A DNA stretch of 64,000 nt from Alphaproteobacteria bacterium (GTDB lineage: Bacteria > Pseudomonadota > Alphaproteobacteria > Bin95), in NCBI GenBank assembly GCA_963665325.3, contig OZ224045.1, positions 1,216,001-1,280,000 on the forward strand. Reading direction: 5' to 3'. How positions within the stretch are numbered: the first letter of the stretch is position 1; every line of letters starts with the position of its first letter. The translations under genes and the position numbers were made by a program. Positions 8,580 to 20,261 of the stretch are shown in pieces. The notes beneath the pieces are model-generated. The model had not been told where the DNA came from. It did no database searches and saw only the letters and a program-made list of their open reading frames with translations.

Positions 8580-11500
8580 ATGGTCGCCAATGTAACGAAG
8601 ATCAACTCGGCGAGCTCGGTCGTGCGCTATTTCAGCGAGGACGGCTACTATGCCGACGGCGACCCCGAGCACCGCAAGGCGAGCCGCTGGCACGGTCGGG
8701 GCGCGGCGGCGCTGAGGCTCGGGCGCCATGTCTCGCCGAAACGCTTTGCCGAGATCATGAGGGGCGAGGCTCCGAAGGCGGGTGTACGCCTCGGTACCGT
8801 CCGCGACGGGGTGCTGGAGCACGAGGCGGGGAGGGACGTGACCCTGTCGGCGCCGAAATCGGTTTCGCTGGCTGCGCTGGTGGACGGCGACAGGCGGGTG
8901 GTGCGCGCGCATGACGAGGCGGTGCGGGCGACGCTCGACTGGATCGAGGAGGAGCTGCTGCTGACCCGGCAGTGGGACCGGGAGCGGCGGCGTCACAGGC
9001 GGGTGCGCTCGCCGAGCCTTGTGGCGGCGGTGTTCCGCCATCTCGCGAACCGCAATCTCGACCCGCAGCTTCACAGCCATGCGGTGGTCGCCAACATGAC
9101 ATGCACGGGCGACGGCGAGTGGCGGAGCCTCGACCTGGGTGCGCTCGGGTCCAGCGAGATGCTGATCGGGGCCTTCTACCGCAACGAGCTGGCGGTGCGG
9201 CTGGTCGAGCTGGGCTACGACCTGGAGCCTTCGCTGGCGGGCCACGTGCCGAGCTTCGAGATACGCGGCTACGGGCGCCCGGTGCTGCGGAGCTTCTCGA
9301 CGCGGCGGCGGGAGATCCTGGCGTGGGTGCAGAAGCACGGGGTGGCGAACACGGCGTCCCGGCGCCAGCAGGCAGCGCTGGCGACGCGCAAGCGCAAGGA
9401 CGAGCCGGACCGCGCGGCGATGACGGCGATGTGGGTGGTGCGCGCCCGCGAGATGGGCCTGCCGGGCAAGAAGGCGCAGGCCATGCGGCGCCGGCGCCGG
9501 CGCATCCATGAGACGGCGGTGGACGGCGCGGCGCTTTCGGCGGCGGAGATCGTGCGGCGCGGCATGGATCAGCTGGAGGAGCGCCGGTCGGTGTTCACGG
9601 CCCGGATGCTGGAGACGCTGGCGCTCGGCCACTCTCCGGGCGCGTTCCGGCTGCCGGCGCTCCGGGCGGCGGTGCGCGGGCTGGTGCGCGACGGCCACCT
9701 GGTGGCGGCGAAGAAGCGGCGCGACCCGTCCTTCGCCACCGACCGCATCCTGCGGGGAGAGAGGGACGTCGTGGCGCGGATGCGCGCCGGTATCGACGAC
9801 GGCGCGCCGACCGTGGCGGAGGCGGCCGTCGACAGGGGCCTGGCGGCGGGCCGGCTGACGGAGGGCCAGAACCACGCGGTGCGCCATATCCTCTGCTCGC
9901 ATGACCGCATCCTGGCTGTGCAGGGCTATGCCGGCACTGGCAAGACGGCGATGCTGCGCGAGGTGGTGCGGCTGGCGGGGGCGAAGCGGGTGGTCGGGCT
10001 CGCGCCCACGGCGGTCGCGGCGCGCGCCTTGGGCGAGGAGGCCGGCATCCCGGCGCGAACGCTCGCATGGTTCCTCGCCCGGTTCGGCGACGCCGCCGAC
10101 GGGCTCGTCGGGGACGAAGCACTTGCGGCGCTCAGGCGGCGCTATGCCGGGACGGTGCTGGTGCTGGACGAAGCTTCGATGGTCGGCACGGTGCAGATGC
10201 AGGCGCTGATGCGCATCGCGGAGACGCTCGGGATCGGGCGGCTGGCGCTGGTCGGCGACACGGCGCAGCTCCGCGCCGTAGATGCGGGCGGTCCGTTCCG
10301 GCTGCTGCAGCGGGCGGGCATGCCCATTGCGGTCATGGACGAGATCCTGCGCCAGCGGACCCCGGAGCTGAAGGCGGCGGTCGATGCAACGGTGGACCGG
10401 GAGCCGGCGCTCGCGGTCGAGCGGCTCGGGGACGACGTTCACGAGGTGGACGCCGGCGTGCTCGGGGAGACGGCGGCGCGCATCTGGCTCGGGCTCGACG
10501 AGGCGGCGCGCAGGGAGACCGTACTGCTCGCGCCGACGCACGAGCTGCGCGAGCGCATCAATGCGACCCTGCGCGAGGCGCTGGCGGAAGAGGGCGTGCT
10601 GCACGCGTCATGCCCCGGCTCACCATCGAGCGGCTGGTGAGCCGGGGCATGACGCGTGCGCAGAAGGGCGACATCCGCAACTGGGTCGAGGGCGACGAAG
10701 CGGTATTCCTGCACGACATGTGGGGCGGCAAGGCGCGCGCCGGCGAGTGCTTCGCGGTGACAGGCGTCGAGGGCGGGCGCGTGCGGCTGGAGCATGCCGA
10801 CGGGCGCAAGCTCGCGATCCGCCCTGACGGCCGGGTGCGCTACCAGGTGGAGGTCTACGAGACGCGCACCATCGAGATCCGCGCCGGGGACCGGATCCGC
10901 TGGACCCGCAATGACCATGCGCGCGGTCTCGCCAATGGCGACCGGGCGGAGGTGACGGATATCGGCCCGCGCAAGGTCTCGTTCCTGGGCGAGGACGGGC
11001 GCGCGTTCGCGCTCTCGCGCAAGGACATGCAGCTGCGCCATCTCGACCATGCCTGGAGCTCGACCGTGCACGGGGCGCAGGGGATCACCCGCGACAATGT
11101 CATCGCGGTGCTGGACTCAGGCCATGGGGCGCTCACCGACCAGGCGACCTTCTATGTGGAGCTGACGCGGGCCCGGGACCGGGTTGTGGTTCTGACCGAC
11201 AACCGCGAGGACCTGATGGCGGCGCTGGAGGAGGCGACGGGCGAGCAGATATCGGCGCTGGAGGCGGTCGGCGAGGACCCGGCGGTCCGGCTGACGGAGA
11301 AGGAGGAGCTCTGGCCGCAACTCTCGGCCTGGCGGGCGCATGCGGCCCGCGCCAAAGAGGCGGGCCTGCTGCCGCTCGACATGGAGGAGCACGGGGAGGT
11401 GCTGGCGCGGCTCGGGAGGCTTGCCGCGCGCCGGAACCTGCCCTGCCCGCCGCCGGCCGCGGTCGCGCTCATCCTCGAAGAGCAGGAAACGGAAGCGGCG

Positions 11501-13447
11501 CGCCGCGGCGAGGTCGAGGCCTGGCTCGGGGAGAGCGGCGGGAGCGAGGCCGCGCGCGGGACGCTGGCTGGAGAAGCGGAAGCTGCAAACCTTCCGCTCA
11601 CCGACATGCCCGGCTGGCGGGCCTGGCGTGATGCGGCGGAACGGAGAGCAAAGGCCGGGTGCCGGTTGCTGGCAGACTACTACCGCCCCCATCTCGACCG
11701 CACCGGGGGCGACCGGGCCGAAATCGAACGCGAGACCGCGTCTCTGGAAGCGGCCGTCGCCCTCGACGACGATTGCGCGGGCCTGCTGGAGGACTGGCAA
11801 ACGCATGGCAACGCTGCCGAAGCGGCCGGCGTTCATCCGTTCCATGCCGGGGGATACGAGGCCCTTGTCGCGCGTCTCGAAGAGATCGCGGGCAGAGGAG
11901 AACTGCCGCCGGGGACCTCGGCGTGTCTCACCGGTATGCTGGAGGAGCACGAGGCGCTCGTCCGGGCGGGCGCGGCGGTCGGACATGTGCTGCCGTCATA
12001 CAGGAAGGTGGACGGGCGCCGCGCGGGCCTGCTGGCAGAGGCCGAAGCCTCCGACGTGCCGATAACCGATCTTGCCGGGTGGAAGGACATGCGGGAGGAG
12101 GCCGGCAAGTTGATGCGGGCGGGCAAGGAGCTTCTCGAATGGGAGACGTTCGGCGTTCACCTGGACCGCGACCCCGCCGACCGCGCCCTGGTCGAACGGG
12201 TGGTCGCAGCTGCGGAAGCCGACATGTTGCTGGCCGATGCGCTGGTCAAATGGCGTACGCATGCCAGGCTGGCCGGGGACGAAGGTCTTTCGCCCTTCGA
12301 TATGGAGAGAACGGACGAGGCCATGGCGCCGTTGCGGGCGCTCGCCGCTCGGGACGATCTCCCGGTGCCGCTGCCGCAGGGTATCCTCGACCTCGTCGAC
12401 GAGCACGGGCGCGAGATGCGGGCCCGAGACGCGGTGGACGGCTGGAGCCGAACCATGGGCAAGCTCGCCCATGGCCGCGACGAGCTGGTCGGGCGGGCGG
12501 CCGACGGCAAGCTGGCCATCGCGGAACTGCCGGACTGGCCGAAATGGCGCGAGGACGCCAGGACGGCCGTGGCCTCCGGCCGGTCCCTTCTGGCGGATGC
12601 GGACTGCGCGCCGGGGCTCGACCGGAACGCCGGACTTCGCGCCGCGATCGGGAACGGCGTCCAGACGCTGGCGGCGGGACTGGAAAGAGAAGCCTCCTGC
12701 GCCCGGCTCATCCGCGAGTGGAATTCACATGTCGGGATCGCGCGGGCCGCCCGCATCCGTCCCTCTACCGTCGGGGGGCATGGCGAACTTGCGGCCCGCA
12801 TGGCAGGGATGGCGGGGCGCACGGACCTCGACAAGGCATCGACAGCGCGCTTTGCCGAACTCCTGCGGGAGAACGAACGGCGGGAGCGGGCGCAGATCGG
12901 GGAGGATATTGCCTCGCAACGCGAGAGGCTTCTGGAGTGGGCCGGCGGCGATGCCGAACTCCTGCCCTACCAGTTCGACTATGACCGGTTCCGCGAGGCC
13001 GTCACGGAGGCGCGCGGGCTCTTCGACCCGGACTCGGAGTTCGGCGAGCGCCTCGCGCGTTTCGACAAGCAGATGGATGGCGCCGAAAAACGCATGCACG
13101 ATGCGGAGGCGCTGCGGGAACGGGCCTTCTCCCTGGCAGAGAAGGCCCTCGAACTCGACAGGCACGTCACCGACAATCCGGGCGCGCCGATACACGAGCA
13201 GAGAGGGTTCCCGGCCTGGCGCAGGGATGCCGACCGGTTCCTCGACGACCGCCGCACAGCCCTGCGGGACCGCCTGATGGCGCCGCACCTCGACCGGTCA
13301 TCTGGACGCAGCATGCTCGAGACCTCCGCTTCGATCCTCGAGCAGGAGAGGTTCCGGGCGCCGAAGCAGGAGATGCGGCAGGAGGCGGCGCGGCGCCAGC
13401 GGACGCAGACCCTCGACCGCAGCGAGGGCGGCGGGATGAAGTTGTAG
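8580..13447 (+). pseudogene. trwC: MobF/TrwC-family relaxase-helicase, split by a frameshift at about 10605-10615
   Basis: YFSEDGYYA, DVTLSAPKSVS, HUH motif RH..NRNLDPQLHSH, Walker A GYAGTGKT and LDEASM in 8580-10640. DHAWSSTVHGAQG and YVELTRAR lie in a second frame that ends at 13447. Confidence 0.88.
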
Positions 13448-13638
13448 ACAGGAACCGCGGGGGCGCTCGGCGCGTCGCAGGTGAGAGCGGACAAAGCCAT
13501 AGGGAGCCGGACACATCCCCCGGCCATGTGAGCTGTACGAACCTGAAATGATGTTGCCGCCACCGGATTGAGCGTAATCGCGGAATTCCTGCTGGCAAAG
13601 TCCGGTGCTTTTCCTTGCCATGTCTTCAGGGCGCGGCG

Positions 13639-14705
13639 TCAAAAGGTCTTCGAGACTCCGATTGTGGCACCCTGATTGCACCAGGCGTTAATCGGGATAC
13701 CGGACCGGTTCCGCTCGACGAAAAAGCCGACAAAGGGGGCGAAGCCGCGATATTGCAACGCGCGGTGGAGCAGGTTCACCGAGAGGCGCGTCTGCCGATC
13801 CGAACGCGTCTTCCCGAAAAGAGGGTCCCTGCCGGCGTAGCGCCGCCAGTTGACGGCCGCCCTGGGCGAGACCGAGAGGCCGCCTGCGAAGGCATGGGAA
13901 ACCCCGAGGGCGAGACCGCCGAGCCGGCTGCCGTGACGGCCCTCTCGGGCGTCGACATGTTCGAGGTCGAGTTCGGCCCTGAAGGTCGTCCGGGAGTAGA
14001 GTGCGTAGTCGAGGCCGGGCCGCAGGGTAACGGTCCAGCCGTTCAGCCCGGGATGGTCCGGATGGCCGCGGTGCTCCGCGCCGAGCGCGGCGTCGAGCCG
14101 CAAGGCCGGCGACAGGCGCACGCGGCCGCGCACCCAGGGGCCGATCCCGTCGCTGTAGCGCTTTCCCCCAGCCATCGCCGGCCGAGGCGCAGGCCTCCGG
14201 ATACGCTGCCGCCATCGAACAGTCGCGCCGCCCCGATATCGCCCTGCACCGAGATGTCGTTCCAGTTGGATCGCTCGTAGAGCTTCGCCGCCGCCGAAAC
14301 CGCCAGCACGCCGCGCCAGTCGTGGGCAAGGACGGGCGAATGTTGCGCTCCCGTGCTGACCAGCAGGCCCGTTCCGGATGCTTCGCGGGCATCCTCGTCG
14401 AGACGGAACGGCACGTCGCCGATACGTATTTCGTTGTCATCCGTGCGCTTCGCCGGATTGCTCTCCGGCAGAATCGCCGCGGAGACCGAGACCGACCATC
14501 GCTTGCGTGCATCGATCCGGTCGAGCCACGCCTCTACCGCCTTCTCGACGGAAGATGGCAGTTCATCCGCGAGCGAGGCCTCGAAATGGAACCGGGCCTT
14601 CCCGTCGCGTCCGAGCAGGCCGTAGATGCGGGCCAGTTCGAGCCGGACGCGGGTCAGATCGGGGCGGACCGCGAGGATGGATTCGAGACGCCCGGCGGCC
14701 TCCGG
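13639..14705 (-). pseudogene. Slam/DUF560 (type XI secretion) outer-membrane protein, 5'-truncated and frameshifted
   Basis: TPR-like ILAVRPDLTRVRLELARIY, then a beta-barrel ending in GVSKTF. The frame changes at a G5 run (C5 at 14165-14169 on +); one more G restores RRWLGGKRYS. Confidence 0.75.
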
Positions 14706-15022
14706 CAGGTGAGCCGTTTTCCGAGGCGGTATTCGACGGCGTCGAGATGGCGCCCTACGGCGTCGATGTGCCGACGGTCGATCTCCGAGAAGCGTTCGAG
14801 GATTCGCCCTTCGCTGCGGTCGATATTCTTTCCGGTTCCGCCGACGGCTTCGATGAGTTCGTTCCGGAGTTTCCGGCCCGGGATATCGAGGTGGTATCCG
14901 CGAGGGTTCGCGGTGGCGCCCGCGCGCACGCGCAAGGCTGCGACCCTGGCGTCGTCTGGTTCCATTCCGGCGTCTTCGAGCGCCTTGGTGATGCCGTCCA
15001 GATCGGGGGGCGATTTTGCCAC
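14654..15022 (-). CDS. Hypothetical helical/coiled-coil protein, probably a fragment
   Basis: ITKALEDAGMEPDDA...RFSEIDRRHIDAVGRHLDAVEYRL; runs into the Slam remnant. Confidence 0.3.
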   Translation of the reverse strand: MAKSPPDLDGITKALEDAGMEPDDARVAALRVRAGATANPRGYHLDIPGRKLRNELIEAVGGTGKNIDRSEGRILERFSEIDRRHIDAVGRHLDAVEYRLGKRLTCRRPPGVSNPSSRSAPI

Positions 15023-15245
15023 TGGTGGAGCCTGCCCGTTTTCGGCGTGTCGGACAAGTTGCTACGCGGCGCCCATTGGAGGTTCGGTGCCGCGCAGCAT
15101 CAACCTGGCACAGACCGCGAAGGAAAGTCGATCCGCCGATTGGAGCCAGCATTCGGCGCTGGACCATGAATGCGCTTCAGGTCAAGCTGAGGAGGATGGC
15201 GCTGTGAGGCCCTGCCCGTCTGTCGGGCCATAGCGGAGGCAGGCA

Positions 15246-15707
15246 ATGCGGCTGAGCAAACGAGCCGACTACGCGCTCCGGGCGCTCGCATATCTCGCCA
15301 TCCACGAAGAACGCCTCTCCACCATCCGTGAGATCGCGGAGTGCTACGGGATTTCCCGAAGCCACCTGACCAAGGTCGTCTGGGGGTTGGGCCGGACCGG
15401 GCACGTGGAGACGGTTCGCGGAAAGAACGGCGGAGTCAGGCTGGCTCGTCCGCCAGAGACAATTTCGCTTGGCGCGGTAGTGCGCCATATCGAGAGTGCC
15501 ATACCGCTCGCCGAGTGCTTCCCCGACGGAGCCGGCGTGTGCCGGATCGCCTCATGCTGCCGGTACCGGTCCATTCTGGCGGGAGCCGAAGAAGCCTTCT
15601 TTGCAGTGTTCGATCGCTACACGGTCCACGACCTGGCGCATCGCAATCGGAGAAGAGGAAGTGAATCCGGGGGCGCGCCTCCGGCCGGGCCGACGCGATC
15701 AAAATGA
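15246..15707 (+). CDS. Rrf2 family transcriptional regulator (NsrR-like, Fe-S)
   Basis: MRLSKRADYALRALAYLA, ISRSHLTKVV, VRGKNGGVRLAR; Cys cluster ECF...VCRIASCC; GGAGG RBS. Confidence 0.9.
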   Translation: MRLSKRADYALRALAYLAIHEERLSTIREIAECYGISRSHLTKVVWGLGRTGHVETVRGKNGGVRLARPPETISLGAVVRHIESAIPLAECFPDGAGVCRIASCCRYRSILAGAEEAFFAVFDRYTVHDLAHRNRRRGSESGGAPPAGPTRSK

Positions 15708-15764
15708 GATGTCGTATCCCTGCTCACGCTCTCGCCGGCGGTCTATGTCCTCGCCCTGATGTTG

Positions 15765-16400
15765 CTAGGTCACCTCCGACAGGTTCGTGAGGCTCCGGGT
15801 GAAGTTTCTGGGCAGGCCGGCTGCGAGCCGCGACAGGGAACGGGTCTCGCCGGTGTCGGCTGCTTGCCTGGCATGCCGGCGAAAGACGGCGAAGGTCTCG
15901 CCGGGCCAAGCGCGGTTCCTGCGGGCGAACTCGAGCACGGCTTCGCTGCTGCGCTCGTCTTCGGGCCTGATGACGTCGCGCATCAGGGTCGCGAGGCGGT
16001 CGGGGTCGTGGCGCTGGTCCGCGGCCTCGAAGGCGCCGGCGTCCGGGGTTTCGATCCGGTAGGGCTTGGCCTCCGGGTCGCGGGCGGCGCTGCGGATTGC
16101 TTCGAACTCGGCGATGAGGTAGGCCATGTCGATCCATCTGCGGTCGACATGGTCCCTCTGCGCTGCATTGTCGGCGGCGCGCCAGGTCTGGAACTTCTTG
16201 ACGAATTGTTCGGCCCTGACGTCCCACCATCGATAGTCGGCATTGAAGTCGTTGAGCGCCTGGGGCGCCGGCTCGGCGGGGCGGCGGGCAGGGATGTCGT
16301 CCTCGTCCCCGAAAAGCCGGCGAACGCGCCTGAAGAGGCCCGGGCGGGAGGCCGGCTCATCCGGCGCCGACGGTTTCGGGGCAAGGGCGAGTTCGAGAAT
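15765..16400 (-). pseudogene. Probable C-terminal fragment of a third relaxase-type protein
   Basis: YRWWDVRAEQF...RDHVDRR resembles the W..W...HLDR repeat seen in the relaxase tail at 11330-13300. Confidence 0.3.
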
Positions 16401-16405
16401 GGCCG

Positions 16406-16753
16406 GGTAGCCGACAGCCCGAGCACATATCTTGCCTTGGCATGGCTCGCCACCGCCTCGAAACTGACCGCGGGGAGATGGTGGCATTCGTCGACCACGA
16501 GATGGCCGTATCCGGCCACCAGGTCGTCGACCTCGCCTCTGCGCCCCAGGCTCTGGATCACCCCGACATCGACGATGCCGCCCGGCTGACGCATGTCGCC
16601 GCCGATCCGACCGATGGCGGAGGCAGGCAGATCGGGGAACGCCCGGAGACGGGCGAGCCACTGGTCCATCAACAGGCGGCGGTGAACCGGGACGAGGGTC
16701 TTGGTCCTGCGCGCGGTAATGATGGATGCCGCGACCACCGTCTTGCCTGAAGC
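16406..16753 (-). pseudogene. Internal fragment of an SF2 DExH helicase (ResIII-like)
   Basis: ASGKTVVA, VHRRLLMDQW, VVDECHH and VLGLSAT (motifs I, Ia, II, III) only. Confidence 0.8.
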
Positions 16754-16774
16754 GGCCCGAATCGTCAATTGAGG

Positions 16775-17014
16775 CCGAGCTGAGGAGGAGCTCGATTCGC
16801 TGCTTTCGCCCGAGACTTCGCGGGCCTGACCCGTGCTGGCGTCGACGAAGACGTAATCGGTAACGCCCGAGCCGTGGCATCCGATGCAACCGGAGATAGT
16901 GCTGTTCGCGAAATCGGCAGTCAGCTCGATATTGGCCGTAAACTCACCGGTCTCCGTGCTGCCTTCGCCCGCGCGCTGCGCCATCGCTCCCGGCCATGCA
17001 ATAGCCACCGTCAT
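16775..17014 (-). pseudogene. Fragment resembling a TbpB-like beta-barrel surface lipoprotein
   Basis: TGEFTANIELTADFANSTISG resembles the TbpB-type barrel strands; fused in frame to the helicase fragment. Confidence 0.4.
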
Positions 17015-17411
17015 GCCGGAAATACTCCGCCGTCAAGGATGAAGACGTCAGAATACGCGCCTTGGTGACTATGTCAGCGCGCAACAGCGGTTTTTAAGAT
17101 ACACTCTGTACACTACATCCTTGCCGGAGTACGCAGGACTGGATGGTGCCAGGAGAAATCATCGAGACAGCAGCGCCCCCCGTTGGTGCTGTTTTGTTGC
17201 TCTGCCTCTGTTTGCGGCGTTCGCGTATGACCCATTCGGCTAAGAACCGGCCGAGACCGCCTGGCGGTCAAAGGCGGGAATGCCATGTTCCGAGATCGGG
17301 CTCCCGGGGGCTTGAGCGTCCGTGCGCGCGACCCGAACGAGCTGAGGCGCGCCATACGCGAACGGCATGGAAGACAATCCGCGCATGCTTGAATGATCGG
17401 GACAACCTGCG

Positions 17412-19889
17412 ATGAGAAAAATCCTCGCCACGTTCGCCGCGACCGCCATTCTCGCGACGGTGCAGGTCCATGCGGGTTCTCTGGCACCCGCCCCGCAGAT
17501 CATCGCCGAATACGACCGCAGTTTCATCGAGCGCTCCGGTGCCCAGACATTCGGCGAGATGCTCGACACGGGCATCATCCGCTATTTCTTCACCGGCGGG
17601 CGCGACCTGCTCATCCTGGTGAACGGGCGGCCCTACGCTACGACCGCACACAATCTGGATTCCCTCCCGCTTTCAGCGGTCGAACGCATTGAGGTGCTGA
17701 GAGCCGAGAGTCTGGGGACGCTTGGTGGGCACGCCGCAGTACGCGGTGCCTTCAACCTTGTGCTGAGGAGGGATCTGGACGGCTTCGACATGCGCACTGT
17801 CGCCCGGATGCCGGGCCGCGACGGTGGCGACGCCTGGCAAGGCGGCGTCTTCTGGGGCGGAGCAGTCGGCACGGGCGGGCACATGACCCTCGGCGTGGAC
17901 GTGATCGACCGTCAGGAAATCCCGGGAAGCAAGCGCGAGCACAGTCGCTCGGAGTGGTCGGAAGGCGGGAGCTTCGCCGAGGCGAGGAACGTCAGCGTCG
18001 GCGGTAACACCGTCTATGTCTTCGACAGGAGCGAGGGAGAGCTGAGATCCGTGGCGCTAGGTGAGTGCGACCCGGCGCAGGGCTACACCGGCCCGCTCAG
18101 CAACCCGCCGGGGATCGGCTCTGGCGACAAGGGCTGCGGGTTCGCCTACGGCGACTTCTGGTGGGACAGTGCAAGCTACGACCAGAAGAACGCAATCCTG
18201 AGCCTCGATCACCCTCTCGGGGAGCGCGCCCGGTTCCACATGGACGCAAACGTCACGCAAGGACGTTCAGCGTTCCGCTACGCTCCTTCGGTGGATGTCT
18301 TCTCCGTCACCCCGAGCGAGAGCCTGCTGGAGGCAATCAATGCATCGGCGCGCGGAGCCGGCCCGGCGTTCGAGGCGACGAACGAGGACATCTTCGCAGT
18401 CGGGCACCGCTTTATCGGCCACGGCAACCGGGACTGGAGGACGAGCACCGAGGAGTACGATCTCTCGGCAGGCGTCGAGGGCCGGCTTACGGAAGGCCTC
18501 GGCTACGGTGCCCGCATCGACGCCTGGAGGTTCGACAGTTCGGTGACGGGCGATACCTTCGTGGATGCTGAGACGATCGGGCGCGAGATCGAGGCCGGAA
18601 GGTACGATCTGACCGATCCGCTGTCGATGGGACCGGACCATCTGAGAGCGATCGAGAGAAGCAGCCTGCGCGAGGAGGAAAACATAGGTGCGAAGTATCA
18701 GGGTGCGCGTCTGGCACTTGAGGGCGTCGGTCCGGGCATCGGCGGGCGCAACTCGGCATGGACCGCGGGGGTCGAGTTGGCCCATGTGGAGGCCCACCGC
18801 CTGCTGGCGTTCCGGGCAGGAGACGGCCGGACCCACGACGTGAACGGGGTGCTCGGGTCGGGCGGCACAACCTATGCCGGCGAGCGCGATGCGGCGGGAG
18901 GCTTCGCCGAGTTGTCCGTTCCCTTTGCCAACACCTTGGATGTAAGAGCTGCAGTACGGGCCGACGAGTACGACGACATCGGCGGGCTGAGCGCGTGGCG
19001 CCTCGGGGCCGAGTACCGCCCAAGCGATATCGTGACGCTGCGCGGTTCGCGGAGCACGGGCGACGAGGCGCCCTCGATGCACCACCTGCACAGTACCGCG
19101 GCGCAGGACCATCCCTATGTCCGCTGCGTCCCGGAGAGCGGGCCGCCACCGCGCAGGTGCGACACGGCGGACTACCGGCAGGTGACGCGCCGCACGAGCG
19201 GCAGCCCCGAACTCGAGCCGTCAAGATCGGACAGGCTCTCCATCGGTGCCGAGGCCCGCAGAGGGCCGTTCTACCTCATCGCGGACTGGTACCGGCTTAC
19301 GACTTCGGATCTGCCGGGGCAGCAGGGGGCCACCTGGGCGATACTGAACCGCCCGGAGTGCCCGCCGGGTGGCGGCAGCAATTGCATTGAGCGAGCGGCC
19401 GGGGACATCACCATCCACGACAGTTTCGCGAACATCGTCGAGACCAGTATTTCAGGAGTCAACACCCGGTTCGGGGCTCGCATGGAGACCGGCTGGGGCT
19501 TCGTAGCGATGCGCGGGTTTTGGCGCTACGTCACCAGCAGCGAGGAGCGCATTGCAGGCGAGAAGCGGGCGTACCCGCTTCCGCGCAACGCCGTGCGCAT
19601 CGTTACCTCGGCCGGGCGTGGTGCTCTCACTGCCTTCTGGGCCGTGAACTACCGCGGCGAGATCGAGAACCGGTGGGACGACGGACGCTTCGGTTCCTGG
19701 ACCGGCCACGACCTGACGCTCGACTGGAGAGAACCTCTGGGGCTCGAAGACACGCGGCTGACCGCAGGCGTGTATAACGTCACCGACGCAAAGCTATCCA
19801 CCAACACCGCAAATCCCTCCGCGACCGACGGGCCCCGCGCGGCCGGCTGGGGTCGCACCTTCTTCGCAACCTTCAACATGCAGTTCTGA
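17412..19889 (+). CDS. TonB-dependent outer-membrane receptor
   Basis: Signal peptide; plug motif LILVNGRP...NLDSLPLSAVERIEVLR; LEPSRSD; GVYNVTD; C-terminal GRTFFATFNMQF. Confidence 0.92.
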   Translation: MRKILATFAATAILATVQVHAGSLAPAPQIIAEYDRSFIERSGAQTFGEMLDTGIIRYFFTGGRDLLILVNGRPYATTAHNLDSLPLSAVERIEVLRAESLGTLGGHAAVRGAFNLVLRRDLDGFDMRTVARMPGRDGGDAWQGGVFWGGAVGTGGHMTLGVDVIDRQEIPGSKREHSRSEWSEGGSFAEARNVSVGGNTVYVFDRSEGELRSVALGECDPAQGYTGPLSNPPGIGSGDKGCGFAYGDFWWDSASYDQKNAILSLDHPLGERARFHMDANVTQGRSAFRYAPSVDVFSVTPSESLLEAINASARGAGPAFEATNEDIFAVGHRFIGHGNRDWRTSTEEYDLSAGVEGRLTEGLGYGARIDAWRFDSSVTGDTFVDAETIGREIEAGRYDLTDPLSMGPDHLRAIERSSLREEENIGAKYQGARLALEGVGPGIGGRNSAWTAGVELAHVEAHRLLAFRAGDGRTHDVNGVLGSGGTTYAGERDAAGGFAELSVPFANTLDVRAAVRADEYDDIGGLSAWRLGAEYRPSDIVTLRGSRSTGDEAPSMHHLHSTAAQDHPYVRCVPESGPPPRRCDTADYRQVTRRTSGSPELEPSRSDRLSIGAEARRGPFYLIADWYRLTTSDLPGQQGATWAILNRPECPPGGGSNCIERAAGDITIHDSFANIVETSISGVNTRFGARMETGWGFVAMRGFWRYVTSSEERIAGEKRAYPLPRNAVRIVTSAGRGALTAFWAVNYRGEIENRWDDGRFGSWTGHDLTLDWREPLGLEDTRLTAGVYNVTDAKLSTNTANPSATDGPRAAGWGRTFFATFNMQF

Positions 19890-20200
19890 TACCAGCGGCC
19901 GAGATTTGAGACTCATGGGGATTCCCAAGGAGTGCGGCTTCTGACTCAATGGCCGAACCCGCTGTTGGAGGGTTGGTATGTGGGCAGCAATCCCGTTGTC
20001 GAGTCCTCCGCCTCTTCCCCATCGCCCGTGTACAGCCCAGATGGCCTAAGCGCGAAATCGACATCCGCGTCTTTCTGGCACGCCTGCGGATCCGCTCCCG
20101 TTTGTCGGGTAGGCAATAGATGCAATGTTGTTTCTCCTATTCCTCCTGCTGCTTGATGACGGCGCGGGACGCGTCGTACCGGTGGGACGCGTACGGCCGG

Positions 20201-20240
20201 AAAAGGCAAAGGGCCGGCGCGGAGGCCGGCCCTTTCCTTT
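20201..20240. terminator. Intrinsic terminator, probably bidirectional
   Basis: Stem AAAGGGCCGGC / GCCGGCCCTTT, loop GCGGAG, with A/T tails, just downstream of iorB. Confidence 0.75.
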
Positions 20241-20261
20241 GCGTGTCCGCCCGGAGGCGGA

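Noticed and set aside
19946-20130. Possible small peptide on the - strand (TTG start after GGAG) next to the TonB receptor
   Set aside because: No recognisable motif and no modifying enzymes nearby; cannot be supported.
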